Source of the DNA: Hormiphora californensis
Lineage: Eukaryota; Animalia; Ctenophora
Assembly: GCA_020137815.1 (NCBI GenBank)
Contig: CM035352.1
Coordinates: 7,998,001 to 8,062,000 of the forward strand
Length of the DNA stretch: 64,000 nucleotides
Direction of reading: 5' to 3'
Made by a program: the position numbers and the translations under genes. The notes beneath the pieces are model-generated. The model searched no databases. It saw only the letters and a program-made list of their open reading frames with translations, and had not been told where the DNA came from. Below are positions 13,688-26,819 of this stretch, piece after piece (the stretch's first letter is position 1; each line of letters opens with the position of its first letter).

Positions 13688-16600
13688 TCAAATCCAGGCT
13701 TTCTGTTTGATCGTCCTGAATTGAAAAAAAAGGTTAATCAATGAGTGGGGTATTCAACTAGGTCTTATTGAACTAGAAATAGGTGGTGGGCGGTACAATA
13801 ATACTGAAGACATGATTGATCAAAAGTGAAGCGAGCATGGATCTGATAATCCTTGATAAAAGGGAGGAGGTAACAACTTACTTTTTGGTAAGTTTCCTTC
13901 GCTCCGTGCTACTCTTCACCAGTTTACCCTGTAACTACGTGGTTAGTGTTTAGGATTGCTAGGAAACATTGCAGTAAGAAATAGTTCTTAGGATCCATGG
14001 TCTAAACTTCTAAACTAAACTTCAATAACAAGTTAATCAATTAATTACCTCCACTAACTGGTTAACTAATCAACTAATTACCTCTTTAATGTAAATCTCG
14101 TTACGGGCAGCTCGAGAGTTTGAGATGTACTGCAGTTGTTCCCTCAGAGTCATCTCGTGGAAGATATAGCTGAGTTTTGATTTCGTGTTTGATAATGTTT
14201 CCAGCAACCTGCAGGAAGATGTACGATTTAGAAATTCTCAATCTTCTCTTTCTTAGGATTCATTTAGTTAGTGAAAGCGATCAATCAACCCCCCAAGTCC
14301 CACACGCTCTGGCCTCTGACCGGGACCCGATATCAAAATCTCGAAAATGAGAACTCCCCCCTCCCCTCCCCTAATTACCTCGTGTTAAAGACTCTATCCT
14401 GAGCACTCTGTATCTCATCTTCCGTTAACAGAATGGCCCGTGTATCTCGTATTGTTTTGATATGTTCCTGAACTTTGTAACTTTGGAGAAGTCGACGGGT
14501 GAGGTAGCCCCTTACCAGCGCACCTATCTTACTAGCTGGTCCAACAAATACCTGTAATACACTGATGATAAACACTGCAACTGATCGGTTATGAAGGGAG
14601 ATATAATTTAGAACTCATTTATTAATGATGAGAAGTCAAAAACTGAAATCTATTATTTGACAGTACCTGACTATCAGATGTCTTGTAAGAATCACATCGA
14701 ACCCTTCTGTGGGGTGCTACTGCTGCCGTGGGGGACATACTGGCTACCACTGCAATGCTCCTTTTAGGCGACATTATGCCAGCACCCTCCCCTCCTCTGT
14801 CAGGCACCGTGCTGGCCAATCCACTCCCGTGAGAGGACCGAGGAGATTGGCTGGGTATGACATCCCCTCCTCCTCTCTCCTGCTGTTTCCATGTGCCCCT
14901 AGGGGTAGTCTTTAACCGGGGGCTGTTAACTCTCGGGCTATTAACCCTGCTACTGCTGCCACGCCGTGTAGTAACGTTCGGTGAGTCGACCTCAACATAA
15001 AAGGATATATTACGGCGGGGTGATTCTTCCTCTGTAGGAGAGGTGGTAGGGGGATGAGAGTTAGTTCTAGGTTCGGCCCATTTGCCACCTTCCCTTGATT
15101 CTCCTGAAACCTCCCCACTGGCCTCAGCAGAAGCCTCCTCATTTTTAGCTGGCTCGGGCCCAAAATCCAGTTTCCTACGAGCACTGAGACTGAGGTCCAG
15201 TTCGATAGCTGCTTCCAGGGCTTCCAGGTGTCTCAGGACTTTGTGAGAGGGCGGACTAACTACCGAACTGAAAAGAGGGAGAGGTTGGAGGAGTTGAATA
15301 GTGTTAGTTAGATAAATCATACAATTTAAGTTGAATAAATAATGTTATCAAGTTGAGTTAATTGTATAACTAGGTAAGTCGAATAAAATTAGAAGCTGGC
15401 GAAACAATATTCTAGTTCTACCTGAGCAGTGTTGTTTGTGTGTTGCACATTGTGGCCCCCTCCTCTTCAGAGGTATCTGGTGCAGCCCTAACTAATCCTC
15501 CACTTCCTAGAAGACCCCCTGATTTCCTCTCGACTGGAGCAGTCCCTACTTGACCTCTTGTATTCCCTACTAGATCTCCTGCAGTAGCCCCGGGCAGACC
15601 TCCTGTACTAGTGCTACTGGAACCTACCAGACCTCCTGAACTATTTACAACTCCACCAATTGAATCGTATGTTCCCTCAGAAGTAAATGGAGCGCTTGTC
15701 TCCCTACTCCTGGAAGTAACAGGTGCTGTTATTCTGGCCTCCCTGAGAGATGGTCCGATGCGGGTTATGGCGGGAGATTGGCTATACTGACAAGCAGGAG
15801 CAGCCAGAGCGGTTCGTCTTGATTCTGAAAATATGTAGGGTTATTAGTTGTAAATTTGGTAGCTATGGTAATTGGTTACATGTGTACTAATTGCGACATA
15901 AACACTGCTTATCTGGCATCTTATCATGAATTTTTCAGGTCTTACTTATATTACGAATTTTGGTCAGTTTTGATGTTTGAAGTGCGCGCGCTGCATCGCG
16001 CGCTAGTTCACAACAGCCCTCATAACACGGTCACGGCGCCCTACAAACACTAACATTGGATGCACGGAAAAGTGCTGCAAAAAACACCCAATTTAGCAGC
16101 TCTACATACCAGGTTGTGTTATAACAGTGGTAGTGTGTTCTTCCCTTGCTGTAATGTAGACAGGAGAGGAGGAGGTGGTATCACTATCACTATCAATTAT
16201 CGGTTCAATTTCCCGCCTTTCTCCCTCCATTTCTCCAATTTCCCGCCCTTCTCCATCCATCTCCTCCATTTCTCCCTCCATCTCCCCTTCTCCGTCTATC
16301 TCTCCACTATCCGACTCATCAGGAGATGAGAGAAGCTCACTAGTCGTGTCTGTAGAGACAAATTCAGTTCTTGATTGCTCTGTACTACTAACCCTCTCCC
16401 TGTGTTTCTTTTTAATTTGCTGAAGTTGAAGTTTAGGGACTCTCTGATCCTGAGAAAAATAGAAGGAGATTTTAATTACTTTAAATTTAACTTGAACTAT
16501 ATTTAAACAGACTAAATCACCGCTGTTTCTCGTGCAATTAGCCACAATCTATTTTATATCAAAGTTAGTTACCTGATTTTCCCATTGTGTTAGCCTCTCT

Positions 16601-17386
16601 ATCGCTTTGTCAATATCAACTCTTAGTTCAGACCTTTTCTCTTGACTCAGCTAAAATAAACACATTTTGGAATCAATACAAACTAAAAAACAGAGGTCTA
16701 TACAGTTGGATCTCACGTGGAGACACCAATAATTTATAATGGAAGGCTGATCATGATCCCTGACTCACGTTTGGTAAGGGTAGGGCGACACAAGTAAACA
16801 ACCAATCAGAACTCGTTATTTAGGTCACGTGACTGGTTATCAGCCAATCAGGGACCAGTATTTCCTGATTCCTACTCCTAACTCACGTTTGGTAAGGGGA
16901 GAGCGACGTTGTTCAAATAGAAGTGTTGGGACATTCGGAGGGGTGGAATATCAGGAAGGGGAGGAAGGGGTAGTCTATCAAGTATTGAATCAGGCTTCTT
17001 TAGTAAATCAGATACCTGAAGAAGAACAAATATTAATTTGGTAGTAGATTTGAAGCTCTATACCCCACATCAACAATGATTTTGTGGCCAATATTTCCTA
17101 TGTTTTGTGACATATTTGGAAATTACCCCCCAGTTATCATCACTATTACAGTTAGAACCCCGATTTACCGAAACCCCGATTTACCGGGAGAATAAACTAG
17201 CCCCGAAATATTTTGACCTACTCTCACTAAAATTTTCAGAGAATAATTATTTTAACTAGTCATGACATGTTATCTCCACCGAACCTCTTTGTTTTGCAGC
17301 CTCTGTATCACGTGTCTAGTCTGAACTCTGAGGAGAAATGAACACCCGCTAGGGGAACAACTCCTTGCCTTCCTTCTTTTGTTCAT
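13688..17386 (-). CDS. CCP110: Centriolar coiled-coil protein 110 (CP110)-like
   Basis: C-terminal IQ-like block KIGALVRGYLTRRLLQSYKVQEHIKTIRDT matches the CP110 calmodulin-binding region. N-terminal FYLNNVALPLPN/LSQEKRSELR resembles the CP110 N-terminal motif. The first exon and start are uncertain. Confidence 0.8.
16787..16871. repeat. Short interspersed repeat (gacacaagtaaacaaccaatcagaactcgttatttaggtcacgtgactggttatcagccaatcagggaccagtatttcctgatt)
   Basis: Lies in an intron between two copies of the exon end and donor. Recalled as a very common Pleurobrachia repeat; not verified. Confidence 0.6.
17147..17205. mobile_element. Partial terminus of the tacagt..ccccgattta MITE family
   Basis: tacagttagaaccccgatttaccgaaaccccgatttacc resembles the end of the element at 49516. 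Confidence 0.5.
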
Positions 17387-18050
17387 TTGTTTTTCACTCA
17401 AACGGTATGGCTAATGGTCTTGTCTTCTAACTATTTATCATATACGGATATATAGCGGACCCAGCTGATCTTTTTCCTTCTCTCTCTGATCTTTGGGCAT
17501 CTTTTTTTCCTTTTTCTCCCCCTCTCTCTCTCTGCTTTCTCCACCGATCCGTGGGAGGAGGGGTAAATGGGCAAGGGACAACATTATCACGTGACCTGAT
17601 TATGTGGACACGTGATGGCGTGATGCCTACCAGCATGCTGTGTCTTCTCTTCACATATATATTCTGTACTGTTATGCAAGAACTCAATCACCGGGTGCGC
17701 CTCAAGGCTCAACCATGAGCGGATGACAAACCCACCTCCGCTGGCCCTCTTTTTCACCACTGAAAAGCCAATTTTATGGTTGACATGGTAACATACCGCC
17801 ATACGCTCTTTATACTTTGTTTGGGTTGTCAGCACTTTGTGAGGTGTCACGCAGCGTGGGTCTAACTCCGCTTCATGATACCTCGGGTATTTATACCATC
17901 ATGGTACAAAATTAGGTCGGTACTTTTTGTAAGTTGGTCTGTAACAGTTAACACCCTCTTTTATCAAGTGATATTTGTGTTAACATGATACGTCTCCTCT
18001 TTTATCAAGTGATATGTGTGTTAACATGATACGTCTCCTTCTCTTCACAG

Positions 18051-19095
18051 CTGCATTGTGTGGAACAGTTGTTCTCACAGGTTCGTAATATATATTTGAT
18101 GCTTTGTAGTTTATAAAATGTGCGACAAATATGATCGCAAAAGCATCGCCCCTTTACCCACCTGAAGTTAGGGATTTTGTTTGTCCGTCAAAAATCTACC
18201 AGAAGTGGACATTGTCAAACGAACATTCAACAACCGATCTCGGTCGTCTAAGCAGGTCACTAAGCGACCAGTCAAAACGTTAGACTGACTTCTGATAGGG
18301 ATGTGTCGAAAAAATTAATTAAAACTTCCCAAATGATCCCTATTTGATTCTTATAAATATATTTTATTTCAGACTGGACAGCTGCAGAGCGGAATGTAAA
18401 TATACCCTGGGACCTGGAGGCAACACCTCTCCAGATAAAGACGGACTCTACTCTGGGTAGCAATGATGCGATTTGGGTGTATTTGTATAACAAAAGCAGC
18501 ACCTATGTCGGTGCTGTGCACGTGAAATTCTCCTCCTCAATGCAGTATGAGATATACAAATGTGTATATCCGTACAGAAACCTGCCAGTACAACCCCCGA
18601 GTGAGGTGGAAAAGATCTGGACGATCACCAAGACAGAGGCCGCCATGATCATCACATGTAATGGTGTCGAGGTGGTGAACTACCTGTTCGCAGATAGTTC
18701 GGATAGCGACTGTAGTACCTTGTCTCAGCCTGATGTTGTGGAGGAGATTCACTTTAGCGGTGATCATGATAAAGCATCTGACTTCTACAGAGCAGGTATT
18801 AGAATCTCGATTAAATTCACACCAATTATAGTACTGCACAGTATGTGGTGGTGGTGGTGTCATATCTTGCTAACTCATTGACAAGTACAATGATCGTACA
18901 CCAATTACTATTTCCATTCAGAACCAGAGTGTCCTGCATTTACTATTGAGGGATCAACTCAAGAAAACTGGGAGGCCTCACCAATAGAGACAACTGCCAC
19001 CATCGACTGTGCTGCCAACCATATCCTAATGGGAAGTGCAACACTGACGTGTCAGCAGGATGGATCGTGGTCAAGTGATGTACCACAGTGTGTTG
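18051..19095 (+). CDS. Extracellular protein: uncharacterised beta-rich domain followed by a sushi/CCP domain (ends not resolved)
   Basis: Phase-1 exons at about 18051-18080, 18373-18794 and 18922-19095. Sushi motif CPAF...IDCAANHILMGSATLTCQQDGSWSSDVPQC. Confidence 0.75.
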
Positions 19096-19721
19096 GTAAG
19101 TTAATTTAGTAAATTATTTCATTTAAAAAGTTTCTTAGCTTTTGGATTTCTTACTCTTGTGGTTTCATAGAAAAACGTTTCTTATCTAAGAGTTTAGGAT
19201 GGAACATCAATCAGTCCTTCTCTAGATATCTGTCTGGGAAGGATTCAGCAAAATCGGGAAAAATTTGGTAAAAAGTGACCCATCTTCATACGATTCCTTA
19301 TCTCAGATATATTCCCTAACATAACACAGATTAACAATACATAATGCAGGGCCTGGCAAGGCCCACCCCGACCCCGAAAATAAACCAAACTCAACCCACC
19401 CAATAAAAAGACAACACAATTACTGACAGTTATAGTCGGTAAGTAATTGGTAATTATTAATTACCCAATTAATTACTAATTAACTTACCACTGCATCGAT
19501 GAATACACTCGTGCATATATCCATAGCTGCTAGATCACTATATGAAAGAGGATTTGATAAGATAGTGCGAAAAGAGATACATCGCAGATAATTGCTAACA
19601 AGCACATGTGTGCAGAGTTAGCAAATACTTGCAAAATACACACGTGGTACGCAAAATACACACGTGGAAACTGTTAGAAACTACAGACAAACTGACAAGG
19701 GTTTAGATACATATAATATAA

Positions 19722-21290
19722 ATAGGCCAGTCGTATGACGTTTATTTCTGGACATAAAAGTTGTAAATCTAATTCCACTTCTATTGCACTCTAATAGGTC
19801 CCTAGAAACACCACAAAAACAGCCCGGTCGGTACGTGGGGGAGAACTTGCCTTAATTGGGCCTAATTGGTTACAGGGTATTTTCAGCCTGAAGCCAAAAC
19901 CATAAGTACCCTTAGAATAGGAGTAGAGAAAAAACCAAGGGCATTAAAGTGATCAGCGTCCTCGCATTAGTGGGGGTAGACGCCAATGAAAAGTCTCTAT
20001 CTCATCTGGTTAATTAGATAATTGGATAATTAGATCTGTGCATAGCCGTTTTTGGCCATATGGCTATAGCCACTTAGGAATGGTTTAGAGACTTTTCACT
20101 GGTGCCATTTTGTAGGCAATGGCCAAGTTATGGGGGGTCGACGTCGGACTTTTAAGCTCTATCTCCAACCGTTTAGCCGTTATTTGACTTTAAAAGTGCT
20201 CAAAATGAGCAAAAAACGGTAAAAAGCCCGATTTTTAGCACATTTAAAGCCGAATAACGGCTAAACGGTTGGAGATAGAGCTTAAAAGTCCGACGTCGAC
20301 CCCCCATAACATGGCCATTGCCTACAAAATGGCACCAGTGAAAAGTCTCTAAACCTTCCTAAGTGGCTGTAGCCATATAGCCAAAAAACGGTTATGCGCA
20401 TAACTAATTATCCAATTATCTAATTAACCTGATGAGATAGAGACTTAAAGGGCCTAAAAACCCAAATTTTATTTAATTATTTTGAACACTACATCGTAAC
20501 AAGCATGCTATAGGAGTCCCAAAAAACATAAGTACACGCCCCACCCGCCCAATGTGAGCCCAGGGGGAGCCCCTCAAGTTGGGGCCCAGTCGGGGTCCCC
20601 TTGTAAACGCGCTTGTACTCCTTGAAATGCTAACAATATGATCCTCTCTGAAATTTGAAGTTTTGGGTAAAATTTAGCATTGTGTTTCAGGTGAGAACAT
20701 AATCTTTCTTGTCTCTGTATTCTGGTAATTTTTCTCCTAGTTTTGATGACTTAAACAATAATTGATGAGAAAGATTATGAAATCTACTAAAACACAAGGA
20801 TAGTTTCTATTTTATATTTGAGAGAGGATCATATTGTTAGCATTTCAAGGAGTACAACCGCGTTTACAAGGGGACCCCAAATGGACCCCAACTTGAGTGG
20901 CTCCCCCTGGGCTCACCTGGGGCCCGTGTGGCGTGTACCTATGTTTTTTGGGACTCCAATAGCATGCTTGTTACGATGTAGTGTTCAAAATAATTAAATA
21001 AAATTTGGGTTTTTAGGCCCTTTAATTCCAGCATCTACCCCCACCAATGCGAGGACGCTGATCACTTTAATGCCCTTGGTTTTTTCTCTGCTCCTATTCT
21101 AAGGGTACTTATGGTTTTGGCTTCAGGCTGAAAATACCCTGTAACCAATTAGGCAAGTTCTCCACCACGTACCGACCGGGCTGTTTTTGTGGTGTTTCTA
21201 GGGACCTATTAGAGTGCAATAGAAGTGGAATTAGATTTACAACTTTTATGTCCATTTTTATCTAAATCCGACGTCATACGACTGGCCTAT
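19722..21290. mobile_element. Foldback (palindromic) non-autonomous element of about 1 kb, centre near 20220, right arm interrupted by a nested MITE
   Basis: Termini ataggccagtcgtatgacg / cgtcatacgactggcctat. 19722-20215 is the reverse complement of 20225-20448 plus 21022-21290. Confidence 0.9.
20449..21021. mobile_element. TTAA-flanked MITE with long TIRs (Kolobok-like AG...CT ends)
   Basis: TTAA|agggcctaaaaacccaaa ... tttgggtttttaggccct|TTAA, with about 200-bp inverted arms. Confidence 0.85.
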
Positions 21291-21363
21291 AAACCACAAA
21301 AAGACAAGGGTTTAGATTAAACACACAAAAAGACTCAATACATTAAGACAATTTACGAAGACA

Positions 21364-24300
21364 TTATTCTGAGTCAGACAATGATCTCTGTTCTTCTATC
21401 AAGTAGAACACAGCGTTCTGAAAGTTTGTCAAACAGTATCCTTCCTTCCCCTTCAGCTTCCTGAAACACAGAATTAATCAATAACTTAATTATAATTATT
21501 AATCCCATTAATGTTTTAACAACCGATGGCCTACAACCCTATATGTACAGTGTACATATAATGGAGAGTTTGCCTTTCCTCGGTGTACCTTTATTCCCCA
21601 TTACTATCAGCACTAGACAACCTAACACTTCACCCTAATTCTCCCATCACTTACTCTTCAGGTGTCACGCTGTACAACATTAGTAACTCGGGATATAGAT
21701 CAGGTATGTTGGCCTGTGCTATTAGGTATATTGTAACAGGAACTAGATCATCGGCACCCATACACGACACTTCTCTAGCTTTTTCCTCACTTAGACCTTG
21801 GAGGGAAGTGGGGTAAAACAGGAGGGGGGAGGAGAAAGTGGGGTGAAAATGAAGGGAGGGAAGTGGGGTAAAAACGGGGACGGGGTGAAAGGTGAGTACA
21901 ACGTAGCCGTTCGTAGGGGAGAAAGAGCTAGTGGCTATATTGAATCTCGCCTAAATTACACATGGTTTCACATTGGCGGGTATCATGTACTACCTGATTG
22001 CATAGCTAGACCCTCTTTACAAATGTAAAGGAGGGTTAGAAAATATCACGTACCTGATGCAATGTGGTGATTATAAACACATTCAGGTATCTCCTGGTTG
22101 GACTGTACTAACAGTGCCATCTTCTCTTCTGGGGCATGAGTGTCACCGAGCTTGCGGAGGGTTTCTATAGCAACCGAATAATCAACCTTGAAACTGAAAT
22201 GTTTTATTGATCAGTGGAGTTGAGAGTAGCTGCTGTTTTTTATTCTTTCGAATAAGAAAAAGGAATATCATTCTAAAAAGATATAATAATATGCCATAAA
22301 TTATGAGCTTTATCTTATCAATGTTGTAGCATATAATGTTTTGCAAACTTTATTCTTGGGAAAATTCTAAAAATCTTATTTTAGCAAGAACCATCACTCT
22401 CTGCTTTCTCTCTATTCACACTAAACTACAGTGCAGTACTATTCATACTTATTTCCTCACTTGTCACGGATGTCAAGGTAGTGCTCAACAGAGAGACTAG
22501 AATTGCGTTGTAGATAGGTCTGGTACAGTGTGTGATCTGCTTCGTACGACGTGGCATACATCTTGATAAGTAGCTTCAAGAAGGGGCTGTAGAAGGTACG
22601 AGCTAGTTGTGCACTAGTTCCACGCTGATCTTCCTGTTATAGGAAGCTTGATATTAGGGGGCTTTTATTAGGAAGCTGGGAGACTTTATATTTAGACTCA
22701 ATCTTGGTCTCTGCACAGTAAAGGAAAAGTGGCTTAACAAAGCAAGATAAGATAGAAAAGTGACAGGTAAGGGTGTTTTGACAAGTTACCTCAGATAGTT
22801 CCTTGAGGAGGGGGTAACACCCATGAAGTACTGTCAGAATATTCCTGAAGTAATTCATAACATCATCACTGATCATCTCCAGTTCAGCAGAGATCCCTGG
22901 TCGCAGTACCTCCCTTTCATCCGCATTACCAAGATACATCTGATGGGAGAGGGGTGAGGTGGAGACTGGAGAATGGAGAGGAGAGAGGGGGAGAGGCTAG
23001 GGATGAGAGGAGAGAGAGGTTGAGGGATATGGGATTCGAGTGTAATTTAGTAAAACGTTTACCTTTTTATCAAGTGTATTCAGTCGGTAGAAGAAGTTAT
23101 GTTGTGCCTCTCCTAACGCATGGTATAGAGGGTGGTGTGGCTCTTGTAAACACCTGAATCATTGGTCAGTCAACATGGGTTGGGTTGTAGTGCGAACACA
23201 GTATCAGGCGACTCAAATCTTGCCTTGTTCGACCCTCCTTCCCCGCGCCCCGCGACTACAAAAATAAAATATCAAGAGTTTGAACAAAACAACTCAAATC
23301 ATGGCCATGGGTCAATAATTCATGAACTCGTTCACAAACAATTCACTGATTTCATAATGAAATTAGGCCCTTACCATCTCAGTATTGTTTGTGCCTTTTC
23401 CTCAGTACTCTGACCCGTAGGCCACACTTTATTCTGTACATCATATGCCATTACTGCTTTTATCAGAGCCCGCACTTGATCCATTTTAGCTAGTAGAATT
23501 CCTTCAAAAGTACAAACTACCGGTGCAGCTGCGGTCCCCTCGACCGATTCCTCCGCAGCTTCCTGCTCCAACCTCTGTTTCCTCTGTTCCGCCTTCTTGG
23601 CTAGGGTCGCTTCCAAACCCTGGGCTATTTGAAGGTTTTCCTGTTGTCTCCTAGCAAGTTCCAACCTGTCTCTGGCAGTTTGGGTCCTTCTCCTGGCATA
23701 CTGGGCACTGAGCTGGGCGTTCTGCTGTCTGGCCCTTTCTAAGGGAGATACTCGGAACACTACAGGGTTGGAGACAGTGCCACCTAGGTTAGCACCCACT
23801 GGTGCTGCGAAGTACTGGAGATCCTCAGGTGGTGGGGGTATGGAAGTTACAGCTGCACGTGCAATAGTTGACAGGTGGGCTGACTGGGCAGTTGGGGGTC
23901 CTTGAGATGGTGGGGGAGAAATAAATGAACGTCTTGGGGACTGTTGCGGAGATGGTTTTGGGGACGGTTTAGAGGGCGGTGGATTGGACGGTTGGTTCGG
24001 GGTAGAGGGCGGTAGATTGGACGGTTGGTGCTGGGTAGGGGGTGGTTTTGGTAAATTTGGAAGGGTTTGACTCCGCTTTACAGGAGCCTTGTACTTAGTT
24101 CCTGGCTTGTTGGCTGGTACATCGGGTAGAGAGTTGAGGATATCGAATATGTCGTCTCCCAGGGACTCCTCAAACAAGTCTCCTTGGCTTGAGGTCGGGA
24201 GAGTGGTAGAGGTTATTGTTGTAAGAGATGGAGCACTGATCGCAATCCCAGGTCCACCAGATTCATCCTCCTGGATGGTAGATCGAGGAGGCTCAACAGT

Positions 24301-24774
24301 AGGCACAGTAGCAGGATGGCCAGTAACAGGTTCTATAGCAGGTTCAGTAGGAGCCACAGTAGCAGGATCAGTATCTGACACAGTAGGGGGCTCAGCAGTA
24401 GCAGTAGCAGTGTTTTCCTTGGATGAAATTCGTCTTGAACTCTCCAAACACATCCCCGCCAAGTCCAACATCTTCTTTACACCAGGATCATCTTTATTGT
24501 TCTCTTCTGAAATGAGGTGGAATGTTTCAAAATGGGTGAACACAAACCGAAACAAATACACGTCATTTAATACGGGGAAGTCAATTTATTTATTATATCA
24601 GTGATCCCAATTTGATAGTATTTCTAATTTCTAACTTCTAAACTCACGGAGAAGTGATGTGCTGATGAATGAAAGTGTTCCAATATAGTGTCTGTAAGCT
24701 TCCCCCTCCTCTCCCCTCTCCTCGCACTGCAGAGCGAACCCAAGACGTTGATAGGCCTCCAGAACAGCACTCAT
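21364..24774 (-). CDS. VPS9D1: VPS9 domain-containing protein 1 (MIT-like N-terminus, coiled coil, VPS9 Rab-GEF domain)
   Basis: MSAVLEAYQRLGFALQCEE...EAYRHYIGTLSFISTSLL; KMLDLAGMCLE; SPLERARQQNAQL...RRQQENLQIAQ; VPS9 motifs GADDLVPVTIYLIAQANIP and GKEGYCLTNFQNA. First exon 24774-24648, large exon about 24507-23375. Confidence 0.9.
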
Positions 24775-25560
24775 TGCTTCAGGTTATGGTTTATAATGTC
24801 CAACTTATCTCGCAGCTCTCCTATCATTTCAGCCCCCTGGCAGGTCAAAATAGCCCTGAAGTAGAGACAGGTAGTTGGTACAAAACTAGAGAGGCATTTC
24901 TAGTTATACATGATGATACAAAACTTTTACATTTTAAAAACTTGTATTGTAGTTTTGGTACAAAAGAGAGATGCTGAATTCGGAAAATCTATAACCACTC
25001 AAGATAGACAACTGACTAGGGACACACACATCTATCATGCTCTCTCCTAGTTAAAAAAACAATCTCACAAAATACACGACTTACTGGTTGTCTATACTCG
25101 TCAACAACCGACCAATGCTGGAGAGGTTCTGAAAATGTGTTTTGAGTATTAGAAACAAAAAGCAAATTCTCGGAAAGATTCTCACACGATTCAACTGTAG
25201 TCTGGGGGTAGGTTGATGCTGGGTGGGGCTGGGGTGGGGGTGGTATGTATCTTACCGTGCTCAGAGAAGTAAGGCTGCTTTCTTGACTGCTCAAACTCTT
25301 GGCACTTTTTGTCAGCACCTGGAAACAAACAAACGGCTTTTAAAGTGAAAAGCCTTGATATGAATATTCTGAACATTTTGAAGTTAATTCTGACCCAGTT
25401 TCATCAAAATCGGGGCTGTTCTCTCTCAGCCTATTACCTCCTGAGCTTGTGAGTTTTTAACACTGTTTCGGACAATTTTAGAGAGTTCAAAGATAATTGC
25501 CTGTGAGTTTTCGTTCAGTTTATCTTTGGTTTCCTTGCTTCGTTCACGAGGTAGGCTCAT
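24771..25560 (-). CDS. BORCS7: BLOC-1-related complex subunit 7-like, 104 aa
   Basis: Exons 25560-25438, 25318-25256, 25128-25085 and 24855-24771 join in frame: MSLPRERSKETKDKLNENSQAIIFELSKIVRNSVKNSQAQEVLTKSAKSLSSQESSLTSLSTNLSSIGRLLTSIDNQAILTCQGAEMIGELRDKLDIINHNLKQ*. Size and pattern resemble BORCS7. Confidence 0.75.
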
Positions 25561-26819
25561 TAGACATACAACAACTAAAACTTTGATAAAACTTTGAGTG
25601 GTACGGCTCAATTTAATTTAATTAACATCGCTTTTCAAATTCGAAACCCAAATTAATCTGGCACCGTTACGATCGGGGTGTTTACAGGCCTGTTTACAGG
25701 TGCAAGCTGCCAAAAAAGCACCCTAAAATGGCTCTAACCACCAACGTCTAAACCACTCAACCGTTTTGGCTGATCCAGTTTATCTGATGGCAAATATCAA
25801 TCCCAAAGTCCGAACCCCAACCCGAGACCCAGGTCCAAGCCCTAACCATAAACCTAAAAAACCGTGAGTTTTGGCACTCAAGACACCCAGATTTTAACGT
25901 TTCCACTTTCCCAAATGAAAAATTTAAAACCTCGCCTTGGCAAACGCTGCTGGCCCCCGATAGCGCGGGATAAGGCAGCGCTTTTCAAAATCTCGCCTCG
26001 ACTTTTTAAAAATTCTGAAATTTTTTTTAAAAGTCAGAATTTTAAAAACTTGGATCCGCGCGCGCGCCTTACCTTGTCACGCGCAAAACCAGAATTCCCG
26101 CCGCGCGCACCGATTTTACGCCGCGCTTGACGCTGAAAAATTGCTGCTTGAATCTACTCAAGTTTTTTAGACTGGACATTTTCAAAATTTCGCGGACACT
26201 ATTTGTCCCTCTGGCCTTAAGGCTTCCAATCTCTGTGCCCTAAAGTCCGTTTCAAGCGACTTGACCCGTAATTCTTGGAATTTGGCGCATTGCGCGTGTA
26301 TTTACAAAGGGGAATCCTGAATTTCCAGGAATCTCAGGTCAAGTCGTTTGAAACGCACTTTAACACTATTGACAACACCATGGTACATTCAGCAAATTCG
26401 GGGTCCTTTAAATTCTGTTTTGATTTTCAATTTAATATTGAAAAAAGGCGACAAAATGTCCTAGGAAAAGGCGACAAAATTTCTCCAGTGGTAAAATCAA
26501 GTACATATATGATAAAAGTTGAAACATTTATTTTTGAGACATAAAAGGAATACTGTTAGAGTCATGTTTTGGTAAGCAGTAGAGTTTAAACTTTAAACTC
26601 ACTGTCCGAAGAAGCACGACGGGCGTGATAATCACCCACTACCTAGGTTATAAACACGCTGTGATTATAATACGGTTGCCTTGAACTTTGAAGCATGTTT
26701 ACAGGTGCACGCTACTAAATAGAATCCACTCATACTGACTTTTTTCAAACAGCTAGGTATAGCCAGTGGCTATTAGCCACGCAACCATATGGCTTATCTG
26801 TATCTGATAGAGAATCGAT

